A DNA stretch of 64,000 nt from Polyangiales bacterium (GTDB lineage Bacteria > Myxococcota_A > Polyangia > Polyangiales > Polyangiaceae), in contig JBBRLQ010000016.1 of NCBI GenBank assembly GCA_038231275.1, forward strand, positions 64,001 through 128,000. The letters run 5' to 3'. The position numbers and the translations under genes are program-made. Shown here in pieces: positions 9,340 to 18,831 of this stretch; position 1 is the first letter of the stretch; every line of letters begins with the position of its first letter. The notes beneath the pieces were generated by a model. It saw only the letters and a program-made list of their open reading frames with translations, did not search any database and had not been told where the DNA came from.

Positions 9340-10479
9340 TCACGGGCCCGCGGCCGGCGCGGCGGCAGCGCCGGCCGCGGCTGTTAGCGGGAATTTCACG
9401 TCGACCGGGACGCCGCGCTCCAGCGTCGTGCCGTCGCCGACCTGGCCGGCCGCGTTCCCGCCCCAACAGCGCACGCGCGCGTCCTTGTAGCGCACGCACA
9501 CGTGCGACGCGCCGACCGCGGTCTCGACGACGTCGAACACGCCGAAGACGAGCGCGGGCTCGGCGCGATTCATCGTCGTGCTGTCGGCGAGCTGGTGCGA
9601 CGCGTTCTTTCCCCAACACATGACCGCGGCGTCCTGCATTCGCGCACAGCTGGTGTCGCCCCCGAGGGCGAGCTGCACGGCGCCATTGATGTGCGCGACG
9701 TCCACGGGCGAGTGACGATCGGTGGTCGTGCCGTCGCCGAGCTGGCCGGCGTCGTTCTTTCCCCAACAGACCGCCTTCTCGTCGCCGATGCGCGCGCACG
9801 TGTGTGACTCCCCCGCCGCGATCCGCGCAGCGCGCGCAAGACCGACGACCGGGAGCGGCGACGGGCTCGGCGCGGTACCGCCCGTCCCGAGCTGGCCGTG
9901 CGCGTTGTCTCCCCAGCAGAGGACGCGTCCATCCTCGAGGCGCGCGCACGCGTGGGATCCGCCGACCGCGATCTGCGCGGCGCCGGTGACCGCCACCTTC
10001 GTCGGCGTATGCGCCCCGGCGAGGGCGCCCCAGCAGAGGACCTCCGCGCCCTTCGTACGCGCGCACGTGGTGTCCCCGCCCGCGGCGAGCTCCACCGCGT
10101 CGAGGTCGAGGATGTCCTCGCGCTCGTCGGCCGCGCTCGGCGCCGCGCCGCATTGGCCCGACGCGTTCCCACCCCAACAAATGACTCGGTTCGCGCCCGC
10201 GCCGTCGCCGACGAGCGCGCAGGTGTGGGTGCGGCCCGTGACGACCTGCCGAAACATCCAGCGACCGGCGACGCGTTGAGGCACGGGGCCCTTCGCCGCG
10301 CCGCGGGCGTCGCCCCAGCAACGGAGCGAGAGATCTTTCATCGTCGCGCACGTGTGAGCGGCGCCGAGCGAGAGCTGCGTGGCGAGGCGCTCCTCTTTCT
10401 TCTTCCGGCACCCGGCCCCGACGGTGAGGACGACGCCCACGACGAGGAGCCACGGGACGAGGACGAGGCGTCTGCGCAT
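9340..10479 (-). CDS. RCC1/BLIP-II-like repeat lipoprotein
   Basis: Repeated AGxxHTCA...CWGxNxxGQLG units; lipobox GAGC; start chosen at MRRRLVLVPW. Confidence 0.88.
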   Translation of the reverse strand: MRRRLVLVPWLLVVGVVLTVGAGCRKKKEERLATQLSLGAAHTCATMKDLSLRCWGDARGAAKGPVPQRVAGRWMFRQVVTGRTHTCALVGDGAGANRVICWGGNASGQCGAAPSAADEREDILDLDAVELAAGGDTTCARTKGAEVLCWGALAGAHTPTKVAVTGAAQIAVGGSHACARLEDGRVLCWGDNAHGQLGTGGTAPSPSPLPVVGLARAARIAAGESHTCARIGDEKAVCWGKNDAGQLGDGTTTDRHSPVDVAHINGAVQLALGGDTSCARMQDAAVMCWGKNASHQLADSTTMNRAEPALVFGVFDVVETAVGASHVCVRYKDARVRCWGGNAAGQVGDGTTLERGVPVDVKFPLTAAAGAAAAPAAGP

Positions 10480-10561
10480 TCGGCCGCGCATAGTGCGCCT
10501 GTGCGCCGCGCCGGTCGAGCGCTTCCGGGATCGTAAACGCTTCGAGTAGACTGGCGCGTTC

Positions 10562-11125
10562 ATGAAGCCGCGCGCGAGAACGGGCCGCCCCGCAAAGATC
10601 TATCCGTCGGCCAAGGTCCTCCGCGGCGCGCTGCTCGGCGAGGACGTGGTCATCGGCGCCTTCACCTTCGTCGCCGCGGGCGCCGTCGTCGGCGCGGGGA
10701 CGCGGATCCAGGGCCACACCAGCGTCTGGAACGGGGTGGTCCTCGGCGAGGACGTCTTTGTCGGCCCCGGCGCGACGTTCACGAACGTCCGCGCCCCGCG
10801 TGCCGCCTGGTCGCGGGCGCCGGATTGGGACGAGACCCACGTGGGCGATGGCGCAACGATCGGCGCGCACGCGACCCTCGTCGCACCGCTCGCGATCGGG
10901 GAGGCGGCGATCGTCGGCGCCGGCGCGGTGGTGACGCGCGACGTCCCGGCGCACGCGATGGTCGTCGGCGTCCCCGCCAGGGTCGTCGGATGGGCCTGCC
11001 GTTGCGCCTCCGTCCGCGTCCACGCCCGCCGTCGCCCGGCCTCGTTCGGGTGCAGCGTGTGCGAAGGCGAGCGCGAGACTGCGTTCGTCAGTGCACGCCG
11101 TGGCCGGCGATCACCGCGGACATGA
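10562..11125 (+). CDS. Hexapeptide-repeat acyltransferase (WbpD/WlbB-like N-acetyltransferase)
   Basis: Left-handed beta-helix repeats, VFVGPGATFTNV, GAGAVVTRDVP, GVPARVVGWACRC. Confidence 0.85.
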   Translation: MKPRARTGRPAKIYPSAKVLRGALLGEDVVIGAFTFVAAGAVVGAGTRIQGHTSVWNGVVLGEDVFVGPGATFTNVRAPRAAWSRAPDWDETHVGDGATIGAHATLVAPLAIGEAAIVGAGAVVTRDVPAHAMVVGVPARVVGWACRCASVRVHARRRPASFGCSVCEGERETAFVSARRGRRSPRT

Positions 11126-12473
11126 CGATCATCGCGATGTGGACGAAGATGATGATTCCGAGCACGTCGACGAGGCTCGCGATGAACGGCGTCGAGCTCG
11201 TCGCCGGGTCGAGGCCGAGGCGCTTCAGGAGGATCGGGAGCATCGCGCCGACGGTGCAACCGCAAATCACGATGCCCACCAGCGTCAGCGCGACGGTGAG
11301 CGCGAAGCCCATGTGCTGATCGCGGTACATGAGGACGCGCCCGAACCCGATGACGCCGAGGCCCAGTCCGAGCACCGTCCCCATGGCGAGCTCGCGCACC
11401 AGGATCCGCCACCAGTCGCGCGGCTTGATCTCGCCGACCGCCATCCCGCGGATGACGAGGGTGGACGACTGCGAGCCGGAGTTGCCTCCCGCGGAGATGA
11501 GGAGCGGCACGTAGTACGCCGCGCCTTTGATCGCCTCGAAGACCGGGTCGTAGTAGCGAAGCGCGGTCTGCGTGAAGAACTCGCCGAGGAAGAGGAGCAC
11601 GAGCCAGGTGCCGCGCTTGCGGATGAACGATACGAAGCTCGTCTGGAAATAGGGGACGTCGAGCGGCTCGACGGCGCCGAGCTTCTGGACGTCCTCGGTC
11701 TGCTCTTGGGTGAGGACGTCGACGATGTCGTCGATCGTGATGACGCCGAGCATCGCGCCCTTGTCGTCGATGACGGGCATCACGTTCAAGTCGTACTTCG
11801 CCATCCGCCGCGCGACCTCTTCCTGGTCCATGTCGGGCGGGGCGCTGATGACGTTGTGCGTGAGGATCTCGGCGAGCTTCTGCTCGGGCTGCGCGAGGAT
11901 GAGATCGCGCAGCGACGCGACGCCTTGCACGCGTTCGTCGTGGCTCATCGCGTACACGTTGTAGACCGGCGTGCTCTGCTCGACGCCGAACGCGCGCACG
12001 GCGTCGATCGCGCCGGCGACGGTCACGTTCTCGAGGACGTGGACGTAGAGCGTCGTCATCAAGTGACCGGCGCTCGTCTCCGGCCACTTCTCGATCTCGC
12101 GGACGTCCTCCGCGGCGGCGGGATCGACGAGCTCGAGCTTGTCGAGGAGCTCCTCGGCCTGCGCGTCCGGCAGGAGGCTGAAGAGGTCGGCGCGCTCGTC
12201 GGGCGCCATCTCGCTCGCGATCTGCACGACGCTCTCGGGCGGCATGAGGTCGACGAGCTCTTCTTGCTCGTGATCCTCGAGGCGCTCGAAGATCGGCGCG
12301 GCCTCGTCGGCCGGGAGACGCGCGAGGAGGGCCGCTTGCTCGTCCGGCTCGAGCTCGCCAATGAGGTCGGCGAGGTCCTGCTCGTGGATCTCCTCGAGGA
12401 GCTCGCGCACCTGATCGGGATCTTCCCGCAGGAGCTCTTTCAGCTCGGGTCCGAGGAGCGTCGCGAGTCGCAT
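11088..12473 (-). CDS. mgtE: Magnesium transporter MgtE
   Basis: Acidic N-domain, SAGHLMT, CBS pair, GGNSGSQ, DPATSSTPFIASLVDVLG. Confidence 0.96.
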   Translation of the reverse strand: MRLATLLGPELKELLREDPDQVRELLEEIHEQDLADLIGELEPDEQAALLARLPADEAAPIFERLEDHEQEELVDLMPPESVVQIASEMAPDERADLFSLLPDAQAEELLDKLELVDPAAAEDVREIEKWPETSAGHLMTTLYVHVLENVTVAGAIDAVRAFGVEQSTPVYNVYAMSHDERVQGVASLRDLILAQPEQKLAEILTHNVISAPPDMDQEEVARRMAKYDLNVMPVIDDKGAMLGVITIDDIVDVLTQEQTEDVQKLGAVEPLDVPYFQTSFVSFIRKRGTWLVLLFLGEFFTQTALRYYDPVFEAIKGAAYYVPLLISAGGNSGSQSSTLVIRGMAVGEIKPRDWWRILVRELAMGTVLGLGLGVIGFGRVLMYRDQHMGFALTVALTLVGIVICGCTVGAMLPILLKRLGLDPATSSTPFIASLVDVLGIIIFVHIAMIVMSAVIAGHGVH

Positions 12474-12523
12474 CTCGCCGGCACGTTACCCGAGGACGCG
12501 CACGCGGGTCACGTGGATTGGAG

Positions 12524-13198
12524 TCAGCGCGACGGGATGGCGAGCGACAGGTTCGCGGTGGCGCCGTCGCGGGTCCCGCCGAGGCTGTCGTCCTGCTCTT
12601 TGCGCGCGTCGGCGATGGTCTTCTGGGCGTCTTCCTTGATGCGCTTCATAGCCACGTCCTCGACGTGGCGGCGGCGGGCGAGCCAGCTGGACACGCGCTT
12701 GTCGCAGGCGTTGAGCTCGCGCTTGGCGCGGCTCCTCGGATCGTGGCGGAGCGCGTTGTCCTTGTTCTCCTTGAACGCTTTGTAGTCGGCCTCGGCCTGC
12801 TCGAGCGTGCCGCGATCGGTCGCCGACTTGCACTGCGTCAAGGCGAGGTCCGCTTCCTCCTGCGCCGCCTGCTTCCTGCCCTGCGCGGCGAGCTTGGGGA
12901 GCTGGGAGTCGCAGCGCACGAGCCAGTCACGGACGACGTAGTCACGCGTTCGCGCGGTCTTCACCACGCTCGCGTCGGTGCGGACCGCGCGGCTGCGGCG
13001 AAAGCGGTAATCGTCGAGGAGCTGCATCCGGCGAACGGGCGCCGTGCCGTCTTGCATGGCCTCTTCGCACGCGTGGAAGGCCCAGTAGAGCTCCTCTCCG
13101 GCGGCCGACGCGTCCGCTGCCTGCGCCGGACGGGCAGACGAGAGGAGGAAGGCGGCGATGGCGACGGCGAGGAGGGGGAGCCAGGAGCGGCGGAGCAT
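12524..13198 (-). CDS. Hypothetical secreted helical protein
   Basis: Signal peptide ending PAQA; four Cys in helical context; preceded by a sigma54-type motif. Confidence 0.7.
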   Translation of the reverse strand: MLRRSWLPLLAVAIAAFLLSSARPAQAADASAAGEELYWAFHACEEAMQDGTAPVRRMQLLDDYRFRRSRAVRTDASVVKTARTRDYVVRDWLVRCDSQLPKLAAQGRKQAAQEEADLALTQCKSATDRGTLEQAEADYKAFKENKDNALRHDPRSRAKRELNACDKRVSSWLARRRHVEDVAMKRIKEDAQKTIADARKEQDDSLGGTRDGATANLSLAIPSR

Positions 13199-13209
13199 GT
13201 CCCCCCTTC

Positions 13210-13226
13210 AGCAGGAAGCGCACCAA
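13210..13226 (-). promoter_or_regulatory. Putative sigma54 (-24/-12) promoter
   Basis: Minus strand TTGGTGCGCTTCCTGCT, GG-N10-GC spacing. Confidence 0.6.
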
Positions 13227-13419
13227 CGCAACGCGCAGGAGCGCGCCGTGAGCGCTCGGCGCAACCGCGCGATTTCCGGGAAGGAAAGCGTCGTACCGCC
13301 ATACTGGAACACCGGACTCTGGGCCGGACTCGATCCATTGCACGCCGCGGTTGCTCACGGGAAATGTGCGACAAGCCCCGACAAAACGCGGTTTTGCCGC
13401 TCCCTCGACGCGAGCCGAT

Positions 13420-16125
13420 CTACCTTTTTTTGGGCGGTCCTTTGGGAGGCGGGGCACCGGATGGCGAGGGCGCGGACGCGGCGCCGGGACCGTGCGCGTA
13501 GCCCCACTCGCGAAGCATTCGCCCCATCTCTTCGGCGCCCTCGCGGGAGTCCTCGCGCGTGACTCCGCGACCCGCGCCCTCGTCGCGCGGCGCCTCGCCC
13601 GGCCGCTCGCGCGTGACGAAGAGGCCCGTGTCGCGACGCGGATCGATCTGCGGCAGCGTCGGCGAGAACGCGCTGACCCGGGCCTCGTCGGTCGCGATGC
13701 CGAGGCGTAGCGCGGGCGCGGCGAGGCCGAAGGGACCCGCGAAGACCTGTGAGGCCGCGAGCGGCACGTCGTCGAAGAAGAGCTCCCACGCGAGCGCCGC
13801 CGACGGAGGCTCCACGCGCGCGTCCACACCGACGACCCCATCGGGTGCCGTCACGAACGCGATCTCGACGCGGCCGCCATCGAGCTTGATGGACTCCGGT
13901 CCCGCGCCGACGGCGCTCGCCTCCGTGATCTTCGCCTTCGGATCGACTGTGTGAACCGTCCCCGAGATGCGCCGCGCTGCGCCCCCGCCCGCGAACCGCA
14001 GATGCACGCGCGTCGCCGCCTCAGGCGGATCGGGACGCGCGGCGGCCTGCGTGCCCGCGACCGCGACGTTCTTGCGCGCGGCCTCCATGCGCGCGCGCAT
14101 CTCGACGAGCGCCTCGGGCCGCTCGTGAACCAAGTTGTACCGTTCGCCGGGATCCTCCTCCAGATCGTAGAGCTCCTCCGCGACGGTCTCGGTCTTGTCG
14201 CCCTTGAGGCTCGTCGTCGTCTGCGCCGCCCCCTCGCGCACCAGCAGCCGGTATTTCCCGGCGATCAGCCCGCGCGTGCCGCGGCCCTCCGACAGCACGA
14301 CGCGCTCGTCCGCTTCTGCCTCGCCGCGCACGAGCGGCATGAGCGACGCGCCGCTCGACTTCGGCGCGCGGTCAAGGCCGAGCACCTCGAGGATCGTCGG
14401 CGCGATGTCGATCGACCGGACGCGGGCCTTCACCTCGCGCCCCTCGGGCAGCACGCCGGGCAAGGAGAAGAGGATCGGGATGCGCGTCGTCTCCTCGTAA
14501 TTGCTGACCGCGTGGTGGTAGCGGATCTGAAGCTTGTCGAGCCCCTTGCCGTCGTGCGCCGACGACAGCGTCTCGCCATGATCCGCCGTCAGGACGACGA
14601 GCGTGCGCTCCCGAAGGCCCAGCTCGTCGAGCTTGGCGAGGAGCTGACCGACCGCCTCGTCGTCCTTCGCGGCCTCCGCGAGGTACATGCGCGTGACGTA
14701 GTCGACGGGCCCGGCCGGCGGCATCGGTACGCGCCCCTTCAACCGCTCCGGCGGCTCCCACGGCTCGTGCGGCGAGTTGTAGTTGCAGAAGAGGAAGAAG
14801 CGGTCCTTCGCGTGCTCCTTCATCCACGACGTCGCGTGCTGAGTGATCTCGAGCGTGTCGCGCGTCCGGTAGCGATGATCGTCGACGCGCTCGAAGCCCA
14901 TGTCCACGCCGACCGACGCGTAGCCGACCATGAAGTAGTTGTTCACGAACGCGCGCGTCTGCATCCCCGCGTGACGGAGGAGGAGAGGCAGGAGCGGCGG
15001 GCTCGACGCGTAGAAGCGGCTCGCCTGATCGGGCGGCAAGACCCACGGCAACGGATCGAGGCCGAGCTCCGTCGAGCGCGCGCCGGCGAGCATGGCGAGC
15101 GTGCCGGGACGCGTCCACGCGCCGTTGGAGTACGCGTGCGTGAAGCGGACGCCGCGCGCGGAGAGCCCGTCGATCGCCGGGAGGAGCCCTGGCATCTTCG
15201 GCAGGAGCGCCTCGAGCGGAGGACGCTTGGCGCGCTGCTTGGCCTGATCCTCGGCGTCATCGTGGAAGCTGGCGATCGCGTCGGGCCGCAGCGCATCGAC
15301 GACGACGAAGAGCACGTTGTACGGCAGCGTCGTCGGCCCGCGCGTGAGCAGCACGGGATTTCCCCAAAGGGCGACGCCGCTCCCGCTCGCTTCGATCTGC
15401 GACATGCCGTTGTTCATGGCGACCATGAGCTTCGGCGTCGCGCGCAGGCGAAGGTCGACGACCTGGCCGGAGAACGCCGAGAGATCGACCGACGCATCGA
15501 GCCACTCTTTGGCTTCTTTCGATGGCATCGCGCGCGAGAAGATCTCCTTCGTGCGCCCGTGCGCGTCGACGACGGTGACGCCGAACTCGGTTTCGCCGCG
15601 ACCGCCGAGCAGCGCCGTGGCGAAATCGAGGCGCGCCAGGGCAGGGATCGCGACGCGGAACGAAATCGTGGCGGGCGTCGGGGCGGCGATGGCGTCGCGC
15701 TGGTCGAAGCTCCCCTCGTTCATGTTCCAGATGCGCGCGTCGGGCTCCCACTGCCCTTTCGCGCCGGGCATGGACCACTGCGTCTCGGTCGCGCTCGTTC
15801 GAAGCGCGATGGTCGTCGTGGACTTGAGCGCGTCGCCCGAGAGCGGCGACCACACGATCGGCATCTTGCGCCAGTGGGCCTGGAGCGGCCCGCGCAGCGT
15901 CGCGTTCGCGCTCTCGACGCGCGCGTCGCCCATGCGATCGACGAGGCGCGTGTCCACCTGGTAGCCGTCGGCCCCTTTGTGGGCGCCTGTCGATGCCAGC
16001 GGCTCCGCGCGCGCGGCCATCGGCGGGAGCGTGCGCGGATCGCCGCCGCCGCCCGCCCGGTACGCGAGCCACGCAGCGGCGAGCCCCACGCACGCGGTCA
16101 CGCCGCGCTGGACCGCGCCGCTCAC
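13420..16125 (-). CDS. Sulfatase-like hydrolase/transferase (alkaline phosphatase superfamily)
   Basis: GTG start overlapping the upstream TGA; VVVDALRPD, WTRPG, NSPHEPW, TADHGE, EELYDLEEDPGE. Confidence 0.85.
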   Translation of the reverse strand: MSGAVQRGVTACVGLAAAWLAYRAGGGGDPRTLPPMAARAEPLASTGAHKGADGYQVDTRLVDRMGDARVESANATLRGPLQAHWRKMPIVWSPLSGDALKSTTTIALRTSATETQWSMPGAKGQWEPDARIWNMNEGSFDQRDAIAAPTPATISFRVAIPALARLDFATALLGGRGETEFGVTVVDAHGRTKEIFSRAMPSKEAKEWLDASVDLSAFSGQVVDLRLRATPKLMVAMNNGMSQIEASGSGVALWGNPVLLTRGPTTLPYNVLFVVVDALRPDAIASFHDDAEDQAKQRAKRPPLEALLPKMPGLLPAIDGLSARGVRFTHAYSNGAWTRPGTLAMLAGARSTELGLDPLPWVLPPDQASRFYASSPPLLPLLLRHAGMQTRAFVNNYFMVGYASVGVDMGFERVDDHRYRTRDTLEITQHATSWMKEHAKDRFFLFCNYNSPHEPWEPPERLKGRVPMPPAGPVDYVTRMYLAEAAKDDEAVGQLLAKLDELGLRERTLVVLTADHGETLSSAHDGKGLDKLQIRYHHAVSNYEETTRIPILFSLPGVLPEGREVKARVRSIDIAPTILEVLGLDRAPKSSGASLMPLVRGEAEADERVVLSEGRGTRGLIAGKYRLLVREGAAQTTTSLKGDKTETVAEELYDLEEDPGERYNLVHERPEALVEMRARMEAARKNVAVAGTQAAARPDPPEAATRVHLRFAGGGAARRISGTVHTVDPKAKITEASAVGAGPESIKLDGGRVEIAFVTAPDGVVGVDARVEPPSAALAWELFFDDVPLAASQVFAGPFGLAAPALRLGIATDEARVSAFSPTLPQIDPRRDTGLFVTRERPGEAPRDEGAGRGVTREDSREGAEEMGRMLREWGYAHGPGAASAPSPSGAPPPKGPPKKR

Positions 16126-18308
16126 GGCGCCCCCAGCCTGACGCCGTCGGGCGTCGCCGTGAGCGCGCCGAGATCGCGCGGGAGGAGCACGTCGCCCACC
16201 AGGTGCATCGCAGGATCTCGCGCCATCCAGGCCTGAAGCTCGCTCTTCAGGCGCGCGACCTCGGCGGGGTGCGTGTCGGCCACGTCGCGCGTCTCGTCGG
16301 GATCGGCGCTCGTATCGAAGAGCATGTACTTTGCACCCATTCGCGTTGGCGCATACACGAGCTTGTAGCGCTCGTCGCGGACCATGCGGTGCTTGGCGAC
16401 GATCGTGAGCGGCCGCGCGCTCTTCTGGAGGACGACCTCGTCTCCGTGCGCGGGATCGACCTCGGTCATTCGCGCCACGCCCGGGGACGGCAAGCGGAGC
16501 GACGGCGCGAGGCCGGGGATGTCCTCCGTGAACCAGAGCCCTGTCTCCGCGAAGGCGAGCGTCGGCGGGAGCTCGGCGCCGTCGAGCGCGGGCACGAGCG
16601 AGCGCCCGTCGAGATCCATCGGCGCCGCCACCCCGGTCAGCTCGTAGAGGGTCGGCGCGAGATCGACGTCGCGCACGATGCCGGCGTTTCGGCTCGGACG
16701 CGGACGGCGCGGATCCACGACGACGAACGGGATGTGCGTCCCCTCGTCGCCGAAGAGGTGGTCGCCATGTCCCTGCCCGTGCTCTCCCTCGTACAGGGTC
16801 TCGCCGTGATCGGCGGCGATCACCACGATGGTCGGCCCCTTCACCTTCGCGAGCGCATCGAGGACCCGACCGCACGCCGCGTCGACGCTCGCGACCGAGC
16901 CGTCGTAGAGGCCACGGATCTGCTCGATGTCCTCTGCGTCGGGCGGCGCCTCGGCGCCGAGGCCCACCGGCTTGTGGTACTTGAAGCGGCCGCGGTACGA
17001 GGGGCGCGTGAAGCGGCCGTAGTGCGGAGCCGGCGCCGCGTAGGGGAAATGCGCGGTCGAGAAGAAGACCGTGACGAAGAACGGCGCGCCGGAGGACGAC
17101 TCGATGGCCCGGATCGCGTCGTCGGCGAGGAGCTCGGGATCGGCGGCGTCGTTCATCTCGCGCATGACCGGGAACGCCACACGACCGGCGCGCGAGTGCA
17201 AAAAGGGGAGGAGCGGCGTCTGTCGCTCGAGCGCTCGCTGCCTCACGAGCTGCCGGAAATCGAAGGTCGGGACGTCGACACGCCCGAAGCCGAGATCGAC
17301 ACGCCCGAAGATGTCCCCCGCGTAGTCGCTCACGACCGCGGTCCGGTAGCCGGCGGCGGCGAGGCGCGCCGGCAGCGCATCGAAGTCCTTCGCGCGCTCT
17401 TCCCACCGCGGGAACATCGAGCGGATGCCGTGATGGTGCGGGTGACGTCCGCTGAGGAGCGAGACCCACGACGGGAACGTCCGCGGCAGCGACACGTACG
17501 CGCGATCGAAGCGCGCGCCGCGCGACGCGAGCTCGGTGAGGCGAGGCGCGATCGCCGGCGTGAGGCGATCGGCGCGCAGCGAGTCGGCGGCGAGGAGGAG
17601 GACGTTGGGGCGCGGCGCATCGGGGGCCGCGTGCGCGATCTTGACCGGCGGGCCCAGCGGGGCGGCGAACAGCGCGCTCGCGAGGAGACCGAGCAGCAGG
17701 AGGATCGACGCCGCGCCACCCGTCGCCGCGAGCGCGCGACGCCTCGGCAGGAACGCCCGACCGAGCCGCCGCGGCCAGCTCCGCCAGCGCGCGGGGGGGC
17801 CCGCGAGGTACAAGAGGAGGCCGACCGCGCCGATCGCGACGATCCCACGGACCCCGAGGACGTCGGTAGCGAACACCTGCGCCGTCCGGCGGAGGCCACC
17901 CTGCGCGTACCACGCGTCGGCGTACAGCTGCGGCGCCGCAGCCATGCCGCGCAGGACCAGCCACGCGTGCGCGATCGCGGTGACGCCGAGGACCGCCCAC
18001 GCGCGACGAAGCGGCGTGCGGCGAGGCGCGCGGGCCATGCGATCGCGCACGAGGACGAGCGCGTCAGCGAGCGCGCCCATCGCGCCACCCACCACGATCG
18101 AGAGGGCCACGATCGCGATCGTGACGCGCAACACCTCACCGCCGAAGCGATCGTTCACGAAGGTCGTGACGTCGTGCGCGTCGCGGCCGAGGAGCGCGCC
18201 CGAGTCGGCGGATCGTCCGGCGTACGCCGCAAGCGCGGTGAGGTACAGCGCTCCGACCGAGCTCGGTCGAAGGGCGAACCGGTAGATGGGACCGAGGGCT
18301 TCGCGCAC
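16122..18308 (-). CDS. Membrane-anchored sulfatase-like hydrolase/transferase
   Basis: Several N-terminal TM helices; PNVLLLAADSLRAD, RTFPSW, TAHFPY, ADHGE, GHGDHL. Confidence 0.87.
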   Translation of the reverse strand: MREALGPIYRFALRPSSVGALYLTALAAYAGRSADSGALLGRDAHDVTTFVNDRFGGEVLRVTIAIVALSIVVGGAMGALADALVLVRDRMARAPRRTPLRRAWAVLGVTAIAHAWLVLRGMAAAPQLYADAWYAQGGLRRTAQVFATDVLGVRGIVAIGAVGLLLYLAGPPARWRSWPRRLGRAFLPRRRALAATGGAASILLLLGLLASALFAAPLGPPVKIAHAAPDAPRPNVLLLAADSLRADRLTPAIAPRLTELASRGARFDRAYVSLPRTFPSWVSLLSGRHPHHHGIRSMFPRWEERAKDFDALPARLAAAGYRTAVVSDYAGDIFGRVDLGFGRVDVPTFDFRQLVRQRALERQTPLLPFLHSRAGRVAFPVMREMNDAADPELLADDAIRAIESSSGAPFFVTVFFSTAHFPYAAPAPHYGRFTRPSYRGRFKYHKPVGLGAEAPPDAEDIEQIRGLYDGSVASVDAACGRVLDALAKVKGPTIVVIAADHGETLYEGEHGQGHGDHLFGDEGTHIPFVVVDPRRPRPSRNAGIVRDVDLAPTLYELTGVAAPMDLDGRSLVPALDGAELPPTLAFAETGLWFTEDIPGLAPSLRLPSPGVARMTEVDPAHGDEVVLQKSARPLTIVAKHRMVRDERYKLVYAPTRMGAKYMLFDTSADPDETRDVADTHPAEVARLKSELQAWMARDPAMHLVGDVLLPRDLGALTATPDGVRLGAP

Positions 18309-18325
18309 GCGCTCGCGATGCTACC

Positions 18326-18799
18326 TCAGCCGCGCCCCTTGCGCAGGAGCGGCGCGATCGCGGAAGAGAGCGGGCGCGGGCCCGGATCGCGCGGCGCGAA
18401 GCGCTCGGACAGGTCGGCGATCTGGCGACCGACGCGCAGAACGACGTCGCGCGGCACGGTCCCCCCCTGCACGCGCCCACAAAAGAACGTGCGGCATCCG
18501 AAGGGTCGCGAGGCGTAGGCGCGGCACCGGCCGTCGTCGCCGAGGACTGGACAGCGCCGCTCGTCGTCGTCGCGGGCCAGCGCGAGGCGTTTTTTGGATG
18601 ACGGCAGTGGCGACGCGCGGAGAGCATGCTCGAGCTCGGCGAGCTCGACCGCGGTCGGGTACGGCTCGCGCCCCGTCACGCCGAAGCGGCAACACTCGGT
18701 CGACGCGTCGCACGAGAGCGACGCCAGCTCGGCGTCGACCTCGTCGTAGAGCTTGCGCAGCGCGGCGCGGGCGGGATCGTCTCGGAAGGGATGCGGCAC
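18326..18799 (-). CDS. YkgJ family cysteine-cluster (putative Fe-S/Zn) protein
   Basis: CDASTECC, CPVL...GRCRAYASRPFGCRTFFC. Confidence 0.85.
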   Translation of the reverse strand: MPHPFRDDPARAALRKLYDEVDAELASLSCDASTECCRFGVTGREPYPTAVELAELEHALRASPLPSSKKRLALARDDDERRCPVLGDDGRCRAYASRPFGCRTFFCGRVQGGTVPRDVVLRVGRQIADLSERFAPRDPGPRPLSSAIAPLLRKGRG

Positions 18800-18831
18800 G
18801 ACGTTTGGTGTTCTAAAATGAAGTGTCTCGC

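Noticed and set aside
13420..18000. 1526-aa ORF as one giant protein
   Set aside because: The first ~625 codons overlap the real 16122-18308 gene in another frame; the true start is the GTG at 16125.
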